A program made the position numbers and the translations under genes. Under the pieces are notes generated by a model, which was not told where the DNA came from, ran no database searches, and was given only the letters and a program-made list of their open reading frames with translations. DNA of 64,000 nucleotides from a virus (lineage: Duplodnaviria; Caudoviricetes), in IMG/VR virus record IMGVR_UViG_3300022602_000026. One strand, written 5' to 3'. Positions 35,442-44,559 of the stretch are shown one piece after another. The stretch's first letter is position 1; each line of letters starts with the position of its first letter.

Positions 35442-35448
35442 TATTTAT
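35442..35448 (-). promoter_or_regulatory. T4-late-like promoter ATAAATA for the antisense three-gene cassette
   Basis: Minus strand reads cATAAATAcaacATG. Confidence 0.6.
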
Positions 35449-35471
35449 GTTGTTTTCCCGCAACAGTCAAT

Positions 35472-35500
35472 TTGTCCAGAAATGACACTTTTGCTATAAT
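35472..35500 (+). promoter_or_regulatory. sigma70-type promoter, AATG-spacer class
   Basis: TTGTCC-agaAATGacacttttgc-TATAAT. Confidence 0.75.
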
Positions 35501-35531
35501 ATGAACATAGTAAGAAATTAGGAGTTGAACA

Positions 35532-35762
35532 ATGTTACAAGCCGTATTTGAAAATACCGTAAAATCACAAGTTGTTGCATACGACGCAACGGCAAACCCT
35601 AGCTTCGTTAACGGCTCTCTTTTTGTAGAGTTTGTTGCTGATGCTGATTTCACTGCAGAATCAAAAGCACGCCAGGTGCTTAACGAACTCAAGTGCCTTA
35701 ATTACCGAGTTCAACTGGCCGGCCCAATTGGCAACGAATACGCATACGATTTTGTTGCGTAA
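35532..35762 (+). CDS. Hypothetical early protein
   Basis: 76 aa; own promoter and AGGAG RBS. Confidence 0.65.
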   Translation: MLQAVFENTVKSQVVAYDATANPSFVNGSLFVEFVADADFTAESKARQVLNELKCLNYRVQLAGPIGNEYAYDFVA

Positions 35763-35776
35763 TTGCAACACCACGT

Positions 35777-35805
35777 TTGCTCAGAAAAGACGTTTAAGTT
35801 ATAAT
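35777..35805 (+). promoter_or_regulatory. sigma70-type promoter (AAAG spacer variant)
   Basis: TTGCTC-agaAAAGacgtttaagt-TATAAT. Confidence 0.6.
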
Positions 35806-35833
35806 AAGATATAGTGAAAAACAAGGATTTGCA

Positions 35834-36046
35834 ATGATTCAGGACTATGGAATGTTTACCCCAGAAGGCAATGCGGCAGTTCACGGCATTGTTTTATTAA
35901 GTCGTGTACATGAGCAGAGCTGGCTCTGCACTTGGCAAGCCCTGGTTAATCTTGCTCGAGAACCTGGCTTTGAAGAAGCCACAGACACTATGGTTCGTGA
36001 AATTGTTTACGACGCCTGCAAATTTACAACAGATTTTTATGTCTAA
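35834..36046 (+). CDS. Hypothetical early protein
   Basis: 70 aa; own promoter and AAGGA RBS. Confidence 0.65.
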   Translation: MIQDYGMFTPEGNAAVHGIVLLSRVHEQSWLCTWQALVNLAREPGFEEATDTMVREIVYDACKFTTDFYV

Positions 36047-36047
36047 T

Positions 36048-36076
36048 TTGACACGAAATGACAATCGCAATATAAT
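36048..36076 (+). promoter_or_regulatory. Consensus sigma70 promoter, AATG-spacer class
   Basis: TTGACA-cgaAATGacaatcgcaa-TATAAT. Confidence 0.9.
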
Positions 36077-36098
36077 ACATTTTTAACTAGGAGAAACT

Positions 36099-37199
36099 AT
36101 GTCAGTAGCAGAACACCGCACCGTTAGTCCCACAGAAGCACGTAGTCGCGTTTTACGTTGTTTTAAGAATAAACGTCCAGTATTTTTATGGGGCCCTCCC
36201 GGCATCGGTAAGAGTGAACTGGTAGCAGATTTGACCGCAGAACTTGGCGGACACATGATTGACTTGCGTTTGGGTCAAATGGAGCCCACAGACATTCGTG
36301 GTATTCCATTCTTTAACAAGACAAACGAAAAGATGGATTGGGCTCCTCCAATTGACTTGCCTGACGAAGAAATGGCTAGTAAGTATCCAATCGTTGTGCT
36401 ATTTTTAGATGAGATGAATTCAGCGGCACCCAGTGTGCAGGCAGCTGGTTATCAACTTATTCTTAACAGACGTATCGGTAAGTATGTGCTTCCAGACAAT
36501 GTGGTTATTGTTGCGGCCGGTAACAGAGAATCTGATAAAGGTGTTAGTTACAGAATGCCAAGTCCCTTAGCCAATCGCTTTGTTCACTTGGAAGTTAAAT
36601 GTGACTTTGATTCGTGGTTCCAATGGGCCGTTAATCACAACATCCACCAGGACGTAGTAGGTTACATTGGCTTTGCTAAACAGGCTTTGTTTGAGTTTGA
36701 TCCCAAGAGTGCTAGTCGCAGTTTCGCTACTCCACGCTCATGGAGTTTTGTTAGTGACTTCTTGCAAGACGAAGATGCTAGCGATGCAGAGCTTACAGAC
36801 TTGATTTCAGGTACTGTAGGTGAAGGTACTGGTATTAGTTTTATGGCGCATCGTAAGGTGGCAGGTCAAATGCCCAAGCCCGAAGATGTGTTGAGCGGTA
36901 AGGTCAAAGAGCTTAAAGTAAAAGAAGTCAGTGCTATGTACAGTTTGACAATCTCCATGTGCTATGAATTGCAAGATCAGTACAAGAAGTTGGGCAAGGA
37001 AAAACTTGCAGACTGGCATGCACAGGCCGACAACTTCCTGGGCTTTATGATGGCGAACTTTAGCACAGAGTTGGTGGTTATGGGTGCAAGAGTTGCGCTT
37101 ACAACTTACAACTTGCCCATGGTACCTGGCAAGATGAAGAACTTTGACGAGTTCCATAAACGCTTTGGCAAGTACATTATTGCTGCTAGCGGTAAGTAA
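36099..37199 (+). CDS. MoxR-like AAA+ ATPase
   Basis: GPPGIGKS, DLRL, LFLDEMN, AAGNR, LANRF, ATPRSW. Confidence 0.9.
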   Translation: MSVAEHRTVSPTEARSRVLRCFKNKRPVFLWGPPGIGKSELVADLTAELGGHMIDLRLGQMEPTDIRGIPFFNKTNEKMDWAPPIDLPDEEMASKYPIVVLFLDEMNSAAPSVQAAGYQLILNRRIGKYVLPDNVVIVAAGNRESDKGVSYRMPSPLANRFVHLEVKCDFDSWFQWAVNHNIHQDVVGYIGFAKQALFEFDPKSASRSFATPRSWSFVSDFLQDEDASDAELTDLISGTVGEGTGISFMAHRKVAGQMPKPEDVLSGKVKELKVKEVSAMYSLTISMCYELQDQYKKLGKEKLADWHAQADNFLGFMMANFSTELVVMGARVALTTYNLPMVPGKMKNFDEFHKRFGKYIIAASGK

Positions 37200-37201
37200 A
37201 C

Positions 37202-37225
37202 AAAGGGGCTTAGGCCCCTTTTTTT
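37202..37225 (+). terminator. Rho-independent terminator
   Basis: AAAGGGGC-TTAG-GCCCCTTT followed by a T-tract, immediately after the stop codon. Confidence 0.85.
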
Positions 37226-37227
37226 GT

Positions 37228-37938
37228 ATGAATTTTTTACCTGTTCCAAAATTACTTAAATGGGCACCCAGTGTTCCTCAACAGTATACCAGTAAGAAAA
37301 GTATACTATTGACCACGGGGTGCAGTTTCACCGCTAGTACATTACAAACTGATTTTGCTGCTTCGTGGCCGGGATTTGTTTTGGATCGTTGTGGATTTGA
37401 TCATTGTGTTGACTATAGTTATCCCGGAGTAGGAAACGAATACATTGGCGACAGTATTTTGCATCATTTGGCAAGTGTGCCAAATCCAGACGATTACATG
37501 GTGATTGTGATGTGGTCGGGATTGGATCGTATGGCAGTAAAAAGTTTGGGCGCTGAACAACCCAATCTAAATGGCACGGTATACAGTAATGGTGCAAAAG
37601 ATTCTATTAGAGGAACTGCAATTTCAAAGAGTAAAATGTTTGAAGTTAAAAAATACTTGGAATCTCGGCACATTCCCTATGTGTTTACCATGTACGCTAA
37701 TTTATTATTTCCGCCGTATATTCCCAAGCGAGACGGCACCCCTGAATTCAAAGATGACGCATTAAAGCAGATTAATTGGATCCCAAATCAACCAATGGAT
37801 TTTCTATACGAATTTGGATTTAAGAATTCGTTGTTGTCCGATGATTTATTTCATCCTACTAATAAATGCACGGATCTTTGGACCGATAAGGTGCTTTTAC
37901 CCCAAATGTGTGCAGGAAATTTAATTGAAAAACTGTAG
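37228..37938 (+). CDS. SGNH/GDSL-like protein
   Basis: TTGCSFT, PGVGN, DLFHP. Confidence 0.55.
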   Translation: MNFLPVPKLLKWAPSVPQQYTSKKSILLTTGCSFTASTLQTDFAASWPGFVLDRCGFDHCVDYSYPGVGNEYIGDSILHHLASVPNPDDYMVIVMWSGLDRMAVKSLGAEQPNLNGTVYSNGAKDSIRGTAISKSKMFEVKKYLESRHIPYVFTMYANLLFPPYIPKRDGTPEFKDDALKQINWIPNQPMDFLYEFGFKNSLLSDDLFHPTNKCTDLWTDKVLLPQMCAGNLIEKL

Positions 37939-37957
37939 TCTAAAAACAACACTGAAT

Positions 37958-37986
37958 TTGCCCAGAAATGGTGATTTTGTTATAAT
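37958..37986 (+). promoter_or_regulatory. sigma70-type promoter, AATG-spacer class
   Basis: TTGCCC-agaAATGgtgattttgt-TATAAT. Confidence 0.75.
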
Positions 37987-38017
37987 ATATACATAAGTTA
38001 AAGATTTAGGCGCAAAG

Positions 38018-38128
38018 ATGACACCAGAACAAATCCAAAAGCACAATGCGAAACATGCACGTGATGAAAAATTGTGGATTCTGATTATCGTAGGTATTTG
38101 TGTTGCAACATATTTCTTTTCAAAGTAA
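38018..38128 (+). CDS. 36-aa single-TM microprotein (not in the ORF track)
   Basis: MTPEQIQKHNAKHARDEKLWILIIVGICVATYFFSK, directly after a promoter. Confidence 0.5.
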   Translation: MTPEQIQKHNAKHARDEKLWILIIVGICVATYFFSK

Positions 38129-38138
38129 GGAGCATACT

Positions 38139-38327
38139 ATGAACTTCCAATACGAAATGGTCCTAGTAGAATCTTTTCAGCCTAAAGAAGGCAGAGGCTA
38201 CCACTCCGAGCGAGTAGTACAAAGGTTTGAAGACAAGCAGGTAGCAGAAGGATTCGCTAACTCCTATAACAAAGAAGCCCTGCCTAACCAGTTCTATTCA
38301 GTACGTAAAATCAAGGAAGCACAATGA
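38139..38327 (+). CDS. Hypothetical protein
   Basis: AAGGAG RBS; 62 aa. Confidence 0.6.
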   Translation: MNFQYEMVLVESFQPKEGRGYHSERVVQRFEDKQVAEGFANSYNKEALPNQFYSVRKIKEAQ

Positions 38328-38512
38328 AACCGATTATAGATAGATTGCGTATGGTGTTTTTCGGAGTCTTTGTAATTGTCGTTGGTATCTACAGTCCAAA
38401 GACCTGCATGAAAGCAGTTGGCATGGTTGTAGGTGATAGCGAAGAATACAATCCCGTTCTCATCCGTAAGCGTCACCGCAAAGAATTCTTATCAAACTAC
38501 AATAAAGGTTAA
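38324..38512 (+). CDS. Small membrane protein
   Basis: 62 aa with one hydrophobic segment. Confidence 0.55.
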   Translation: MKPIIDRLRMVFFGVFVIVVGIYSPKTCMKAVGMVVGDSEEYNPVLIRKRHRKEFLSNYNKG

Positions 38513-38515
38513 TAA

Positions 38516-38704
38516 ATGGCTACTACAGCAAACGGAAGAAAATACATTATCATAAGCGCCATTCTATATGAGGACCTTGTGGATCTAGTTAACAACGCAC
38601 TGGACGCAGGCTACATTTGCATGGGCGGTGTGGCTACTACTGCTGGACCTAATGGGCAACGAGTGCTCCAAGCAATGGTCAAGAGCACCACTTACGGAGT
38701 CTAA
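38516..38704 (+). CDS. DUF1737-like small protein
   Basis: Y.II.....EDL...VN.AL..GY...GGV...QAMVK pattern. Confidence 0.55.
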   Translation: MATTANGRKYIIISAILYEDLVDLVNNALDAGYICMGGVATTAGPNGQRVLQAMVKSTTYGV

Positions 38705-38705
38705 T

Positions 38706-38734
38706 TTGACTCATAATGACAAAGATGCTATAAT
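38706..38734 (+). promoter_or_regulatory. sigma70-type promoter, AATG-spacer class
   Basis: TTGACT-catAATGacaaagatgc-TATAAT. Confidence 0.85.
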
Positions 38735-38762
38735 TAAGTATAGTAAGAAACAAGGAATACAA

Positions 38763-40031
38763 ATGTCAGAAACAACATTAGCAGAAAAAACTAAAGTTAA
38801 AACAGTTACCGATCCCCGAGTAGATGCAAGTGCACGAGATAAATTGGTTACTGCACGTATTGGATTATTGCTTAAGGCACCTTTCTTTGGTAACCTTGCT
38901 ACACGTTTGACTTTGACTAATGCAGATGACTGGTGTGGTACTGCCGCAACAGATGGCCGTCGCTTTTATTACAATAGTGAGTTCATTAACAAGATGCCAC
39001 TCAAGCAAGTAGAGTTCTTGTTTGGACACGAAGTGTTGCACGTGGTATACGATCACATGGGACGTAACGGCGAACGTGATCGCAAAATTGCCAACATTGC
39101 CGCAGACTTTTGCGTTAACGCAGATTTGCTAGAACAACGTGTTGGTGAAAAGATTCCTGTAGGCTTGTATGACAACAAGTATGCAGGTTGGAGCATGGAA
39201 GAAGTCTACGACGACTTGATGAAAAATGCTGACAAGATGGAAATTGAGCAGTACATTGATAAACTGCTTGACGAACACTTGGATGGCGATGGCGACGGTG
39301 AGAATGACGGTGACGGCCGAGATGGTGAAGGTCGAGATGGTAAAGGTCGTCCTAAGTTAACTGAAGAAGAACGTAAACAAATACGTGACGAGATCAAGGA
39401 TGCAGTACTGCAAGCCGCACAGGCAGCAGGTGCAGGCAACTTGCCCGGTGGTGTTAAACGTCTTATCAAAGATCTCACAGAGCCACAAATTTCATGGAAA
39501 GAATTACTAGAGCAACAAATACAATCTACTATCAAAAGTGACTACACCTTTGCACGTCCCGGACGCAAGTCTTGGCACATGGATGCTATCCTGCCCAGTG
39601 CAAAGCCTGGAGAAACAATTGACGTAGTTATTGGAATTGACACATCTGGTTCAATTGGGCCCGAAGACTTAAAGATCTTCTTCTCAGAAATCAAAGGTAT
39701 TATGGATTCGTACACCGAATACAATATCTTTGTTATGGGTTGGGATACTGCGGTTGGTGGTACCAAATTGTTCACAAGCGAAAACATGGAAGACATTACT
39801 TCATTCGACCCACAAGGTGGTGGTGGTACTGATCCACATTGCGTTTGGAACTACTTGATTGAGAATGGAATGGAGCCTAAGAAACTTATTATGTTCACAG
39901 ACTATTGCTTCTTTGGATGGAACCCAAAAGAAGTTGAAAGTTATGCAGACACAGTTTGGATCATTAAAGGCAATCCCAACGCTGAACCTGAATTTGGGAT
40001 TTGGGCGCATTACGAAGAGGCGAAAAAGTAA
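38763..40031 (+). CDS. Metallopeptidase-vWA protein (DUF2201-like), partner of the MoxR ATPase
   Basis: TAATDG, HEVLH (HExxH), N.AAD..VN, IDTSGSI MIDAS, GGGGTD, MFTD. Confidence 0.85.
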   Translation: MSETTLAEKTKVKTVTDPRVDASARDKLVTARIGLLLKAPFFGNLATRLTLTNADDWCGTAATDGRRFYYNSEFINKMPLKQVEFLFGHEVLHVVYDHMGRNGERDRKIANIAADFCVNADLLEQRVGEKIPVGLYDNKYAGWSMEEVYDDLMKNADKMEIEQYIDKLLDEHLDGDGDGENDGDGRDGEGRDGKGRPKLTEEERKQIRDEIKDAVLQAAQAAGAGNLPGGVKRLIKDLTEPQISWKELLEQQIQSTIKSDYTFARPGRKSWHMDAILPSAKPGETIDVVIGIDTSGSIGPEDLKIFFSEIKGIMDSYTEYNIFVMGWDTAVGGTKLFTSENMEDITSFDPQGGGGTDPHCVWNYLIENGMEPKKLIMFTDYCFFGWNPKEVESYADTVWIIKGNPNAEPEFGIWAHYEEAKK

Positions 40032-40142
40032 TGTATATAACTAACTACACTGGAGAAATCCAGTTGCCGTACGATGCAGACCTGCTGGTATGGCTCCAAC
40101 AAACTTATCCACATTCACGCTACATAGCGAAGGAAAAACAAA

Positions 40143-40337
40143 ATGACCCTAGATAAATTTAAAACCATAATTGGTTACAATAACCCCAAAGTAATTTATT
40201 TTATTATTGGTGTAGTATCAATGAGTGCACTAGACTCGTTGGCACAAGGCAATTATACAACTGCTGCACTTTATGGTGTTCTTGCTTTGATTAATATTCT
40301 TTTAGATAGGACTGACAATGGCCAAAAAGCTCAATAA
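40143..40337 (+). CDS. Small two-TM membrane protein
   Basis: 64 aa, hydrophobic. Confidence 0.55.
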   Translation: MTLDKFKTIIGYNNPKVIYFIIGVVSMSALDSLAQGNYTTAALYGVLALINILLDRTDNGQKAQ

Positions 40338-40671
40338 AGACACTCCTGAAATCAATTCCGTTGATGCCGACTTAAAGGATGTATTGGAAGATGTAACCGG
40401 GGTTAAAAAAGAACCCGCTGTTATATATCATAATGCTCCTGAAGATCTGGACGCAGCACGTGAACGCATTATGGAATTGGAAATGCGTTTGGGCGACTTG
40501 CACCGTGCCTGCGAAATTGCAGTGGTATGCAAAGACTTTGGCTTAATGGAAAGTTTTCTTGCACCTTCAGAAGCGGCACTAGAAAAGAAGATTGTAGTGG
40601 AATATCCGCAAACGGGCCCTATGAAGATTACAATTGTCACCGACAAGAAAGAGGAAAATGCTGAAGCATAA
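40318..40671 (+). CDS. Hypothetical protein
   Basis: 117-aa ORF with AGGA RBS. Confidence 0.65.
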   Translation: MAKKLNKDTPEINSVDADLKDVLEDVTGVKKEPAVIYHNAPEDLDAARERIMELEMRLGDLHRACEIAVVCKDFGLMESFLAPSEAALEKKIVVEYPQTGPMKITIVTDKKEENAEA

Positions 40672-40951
40672 CGAAGTTAATCCGTTATCAGTATTTGGAC
40701 TGCGGAGAGTAGATCACTGTCCTCCGCATTTCACTCAATTTGTTTTTGACGCACAAGTCACGGACAAACTTATAACTGACTGGATCTACGAGAATTTAAC
40801 TGGTAGATTTTGGTACGGGGATAATTACTCGTTAAACTCTACTCGCAAGGATGCACGAGTGGTCATGAACAAGTGTGCCGCTTTTGAGATTCCTGGCGAA
40901 GCCAGTTATTTTGCTCTACAATTAGATACCATCAATAAACACGACTGGTAA
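40658..40951 (+). CDS. Hypothetical protein
   Basis: GAGGA RBS before ATG at 40658. Confidence 0.65.
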   Translation: MLKHNEVNPLSVFGLRRVDHCPPHFTQFVFDAQVTDKLITDWIYENLTGRFWYGDNYSLNSTRKDARVVMNKCAAFEIPGEASYFALQLDTINKHDW

Positions 40952-41011
40952 AAATTTTTCCATTATAACTACAGACATTAAATAAATGTAGTTATTAAAT
41001 GGAGAAATATA

Positions 41012-41278
41012 ATGGCTGATGAAATCACGCAAGATACCACAGTATCACAAGATGTTCCTGCAACAGTTGCCGAAGCATCTCCCCCAAGTTTACAGTTATC
41101 TGACCTAGTTGTAATATTACAAACACTACAGGTAACCGCACAACGTGGAGCAATTCGTGCCGATGAAATGACAACAGTGGGCGGAGTCTACGATCGTTTG
41201 TTTGCATTTTTAGAAGCACAAGGTGTAATTGCACGCCAAGCTCCGACCCCAACTCCCGAGGAAACACCAAATGCTTAA
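41012..41278 (+). CDS. Hypothetical protein
   Basis: 88 aa; GGAG RBS. Confidence 0.65.
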   Translation: MADEITQDTTVSQDVPATVAEASPPSLQLSDLVVILQTLQVTAQRGAIRADEMTTVGGVYDRLFAFLEAQGVIARQAPTPTPEETPNA

Positions 41279-41939
41279 ACACATCGGCCGTCATGGCGAC
41301 AAAAAAATTGTACTAGCGTATCGTCAAATTCCCGGCGATGATCATATGTGCTTGGTAATTTACAGTGATACATTGCCACAGATGTTGCACGATGAAGTTA
41401 TGAAAGTGCTCGAGAGTCCAGTGGGACAAAATTCAAAAGAACTTGCTGATGCATTGTTCCGTCAAACCATGCCCAATGGTGCAAACTGTTTAGAAACTTT
41501 GCACAAGAGCGGCATGTTAAAGAAGGTAAACACCAATCAAGTTGTTATTACTCCCAATGCCAAATCAAGTGTGCGTTTAGATGAACTAAACACTATTTTG
41601 AACGAGATGGACAAGGGCGAAGAAGCTATTAAGAAAATGGCCGACTTGGATAAAAATGCCGGCATGAGCGGTAAGAGACGTGAGCCAAAAGAAGTAGGAG
41701 CTAATCCTGCAAGTCGTACTAATGCAGCGGAAATGAGCACTGCCACTATAGGTGATGTGTTGACTGATGATCAGTTGGCCGCACAACGGGTAGCACAGGC
41801 CGCCAAAATGAAATTAGACGCACAAGCATTATTAGCCGAAGCTGCACGACTAGAAAGCGAAGCAGCAACTTTAACACCTACAAAAACCGATGGCACAACA
41901 AAACCCAAAAAGACCGTCCGCAAAAAACAAACGGCATAA
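41271..41939 (+). CDS. Hypothetical protein with Ala-rich C-terminal coiled coil
   Basis: GAGGA RBS before ATG at 41271. Confidence 0.7.
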   Translation: MLKHIGRHGDKKIVLAYRQIPGDDHMCLVIYSDTLPQMLHDEVMKVLESPVGQNSKELADALFRQTMPNGANCLETLHKSGMLKKVNTNQVVITPNAKSSVRLDELNTILNEMDKGEEAIKKMADLDKNAGMSGKRREPKEVGANPASRTNAAEMSTATIGDVLTDDQLAAQRVAQAAKMKLDAQALLAEAARLESEAATLTPTKTDGTTKPKKTVRKKQTA

Positions 41940-42237
41940 GCTGACTATATCCTCTAAGGATAAATGGAAACAGATACTGAAAGAAGTCGAAAAACTCGAA
42001 GCACCGGTATCTGTTATACAAACTATTTCAGTTAATTTGATAGATGGCACTCAAGTTGAAATTGATGTAGAGGAATTGTTAAAAGAGGGCATGAGCGAAA
42101 CAGATCTAGAAGAAGAGATAAATTCAAAACTGCGTGATTTAGATAGCATCATTTCCAATGTTGATTTTTTTATCAACATTGACCATGTTGCCAAAACAGT
42201 TCAGCCCATCACAGACAGTTTGCTTAAGAATTTATGA
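41890..42237 (+). CDS. Hypothetical protein
   Basis: 115-aa ORF. Confidence 0.6.
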   Translation: MAQQNPKRPSAKNKRHKLTISSKDKWKQILKEVEKLEAPVSVIQTISVNLIDGTQVEIDVEELLKEGMSETDLEEEINSKLRDLDSIISNVDFFINIDHVAKTVQPITDSLLKNL

Positions 42238-43346
42238 TTTCGGGCAACTTTGGACTTTTGTTACCAGTGTCGGGAATGTGTGCCACAGTGCATTTCGATT
42301 TTGACTACGCAAAGTCCAATGTGTTACGACCCAATGATAATTTACAAATCTATCACGATGCCGAACAGTATATCAATGCATCGCATGACTATAAAATAGC
42401 TGTGTTCGACGATTGGATTGACGGCGTTGGTCCGCAAGTGACACAGGCCACTGTTGACTGGCGAGTTCGTGTCAAAAATGCCAGTGACCATGTTATTCAT
42501 CATGCAGGTGAATTTCAAATTGCACATTTAAACTATATACTTGAATCAACAAAACAAGAAAAAAATATAACCTTTAGCTCGAGTGCAGTAATACACGAAC
42601 CACAAGGATTGCCGTTTGTTACATCTGTGATATGGTTTGTTACCACTACCGACTTGTATGTCAAATGCTATAAAGGCAAACTGCAACAACTGACTCCGTT
42701 TGTAACCAAGCCCTACTACTTTGATTACTTGCCGGGCTCGGTCAAATCACATAGGGTAAGAGTTGCTAATTACATCCGTAATAATTTAGCAGACAAAATA
42801 ATTGCAAGTCCTTTTTTCGAGCCCGGACGCACACGCACACCTGAAGAAATAGAAGAATTTTGGGAAGAGGGAATGAAAGATTTTGATTTTAATTCGTCGA
42901 GTACTGCACAGTACAACGGATTTGGTCCGTTGGCCAGTCACATCATTCCCATCAAAATATACAATAAAACTTGCTATAGCATAGTGGCCGAAACTACCAT
43001 TGATGATAAATATTCTTTTTACACTGAAAAAATAGCCAAGCCAATTTTGGCAAGTAGACTTTTTATAGTGTTTGCTGGAAAACATTATTTAAAAGGTCTT
43101 AGACAAATGGGGTTTAAAACGTTTGATGGCATCATTGACGAAAGTTATGATGAAATCGACAACAACGAAGCTCGGTGGGATGCGGCACTCGAGCAGGTAA
43201 ACTACTTGTGTAGTCAACCGCAAAACGAGATACTAGAGAAAATTATTCCGATAGTGACTCACAATTATAGACAGATGTTGAATTACGATTGGCAACGTCC
43301 AATTGAATATTTGATTGAAGATCTATTTATAAAATCAACAATTTAA
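42234..43346 (+). CDS. Glycosyltransferase-like protein (GT10-like C-terminal TEK motif), paralog 1
   Basis: IVAET...YTEKIAKPI...L..MGFKTF...DESYD. Confidence 0.5.
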   Translation: MISGNFGLLLPVSGMCATVHFDFDYAKSNVLRPNDNLQIYHDAEQYINASHDYKIAVFDDWIDGVGPQVTQATVDWRVRVKNASDHVIHHAGEFQIAHLNYILESTKQEKNITFSSSAVIHEPQGLPFVTSVIWFVTTTDLYVKCYKGKLQQLTPFVTKPYYFDYLPGSVKSHRVRVANYIRNNLADKIIASPFFEPGRTRTPEEIEEFWEEGMKDFDFNSSSTAQYNGFGPLASHIIPIKIYNKTCYSIVAETTIDDKYSFYTEKIAKPILASRLFIVFAGKHYLKGLRQMGFKTFDGIIDESYDEIDNNEARWDAALEQVNYLCSQPQNEILEKIIPIVTHNYRQMLNYDWQRPIEYLIEDLFIKSTI

Positions 43347-43352
43347 TAAACT

Positions 43353-43856
43353 ATGATAAATGCAATTTTTGCCGCCGATCAATACGGTGGTATAGGATTC
43401 CAAGGCTCTTTACCTTGGCCAAACATCAGCAATGATTTAAAAAACTTCAAACGGCTCACTGAAGGGCACGTGGTAGTAATGGGTCGTAAAACCTATGACG
43501 ATCCCAAACTGCCCAAGCCACTAGTGGGACGAACAGTGTATGTTGCCAGTAAACGATTGATTGCTGATTCAGTATATCAAATCAGTGGCGACATTGCCAG
43601 CGAAGTACTCAAAATAGAACAAGCACATCCCGATAAAATAATTTGGGTCGTTGGCGGATCTGAAATAATCGAACAATGCCAGGATCTTTACGACAACATT
43701 TACTTGACACATGTCAAGGGTTCGTATAAAATAGATGTTAAAGTGAACCTTAAAGGATTATTGTCCGGGAAGCTAATGCGTTATGCAAGTGCTGCGCCCG
43801 AAGATAATTGTACATTTGTAAGATATGAATCAATCTTTAGACGACCAAAAGCCTAA
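43353..43856 (+). CDS. folA: Dihydrofolate reductase
   Basis: GGIG..GSLPW, DL..FK..T, VVMGRKT, PL.GR, WVVGG. Confidence 0.93.
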   Translation: MINAIFAADQYGGIGFQGSLPWPNISNDLKNFKRLTEGHVVVMGRKTYDDPKLPKPLVGRTVYVASKRLIADSVYQISGDIASEVLKIEQAHPDKIIWVVGGSEIIEQCQDLYDNIYLTHVKGSYKIDVKVNLKGLLSGKLMRYASAAPEDNCTFVRYESIFRRPKA

Positions 43857-44559
43857 AATTTTTATTGGCGGGGATAGTTTTGGATGCGGCGAGTGGGACG
43901 AAAGTAGCACTCGTGTTGTTCATCTTGGATTAGAACAATACTTTAAGGATCGTGGATATCAAGTTATCAATTCATCAAAAGGTGGCAGTTCTAATGCAGC
44001 ATCTATTGCACGACTCATTGACAGTTTAGATAAAAGTTTTGTCAAAAATGACATTGTGTTTTGGATACAGTCCGACTGTTTGCGAGAACTAAGGCCGTTT
44101 ACAAATATCGCATCGTTGATAATCAAGGCCAATGGCTTAGCCGAACTTGTACAACAAATCACAGAAAAAGACTATGCAACTTTAAACTCGGCAGCAGTCA
44201 AATTTGACACCAAGATTCATTTAATTGGCGGGATACAAGATATCATGGTATCCAGTCTAACAAACTTTACCAATCTAAATGCTATAGTGCCCAGCTGGAT
44301 TTATATGCTAGTGGGGCATTTTGAAGAATATCAAGATTTATTCCCGCACCATTTACACACCGAAGAAGCGTCAAAATACATCACACTAAAAGTAATACGA
44401 GATCTCAAACTGTTTTATCGTGTGTTGGATGTGTTGTATAAAATGGAACGAAGTTGGATCTTGTATCGTGAAGATGCGTTCCGTCCCGACAAAATACATC
44501 CCAATCGAGACAGTCATCGAATATTGTTTGACCATCTAGTAAAAGAGTTGTTGTTATGA
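43825..44559 (+). CDS. SGNH/GDSL-like protein
   Basis: IGGDSFG, GGSSN, DKIHP. Confidence 0.6.
   Translation: MNQSLDDQKPKIFIGGDSFGCGEWDESSTRVVHLGLEQYFKDRGYQVINSSKGGSSNAASIARLIDSLDKSFVKNDIVFWIQSDCLRELRPFTNIASLIIKANGLAELVQQITEKDYATLNSAAVKFDTKIHLIGGIQDIMVSSLTNFTNLNAIVPSWIYMLVGHFEEYQDLFPHHLHTEEASKYITLKVIRDLKLFYRVLDVLYKMERSWILYREDAFRPDKIHPNRDSHRILFDHLVKELLL

Noticed and set aside
35438-35692. N-terminal extension of the ORF-track call 34712..35692 (-)
   Set aside because: It overlaps two plus-strand promoters and a plus-strand gene. The shared MRITEILTE leader and the ATAAATA box place the start at 35437.
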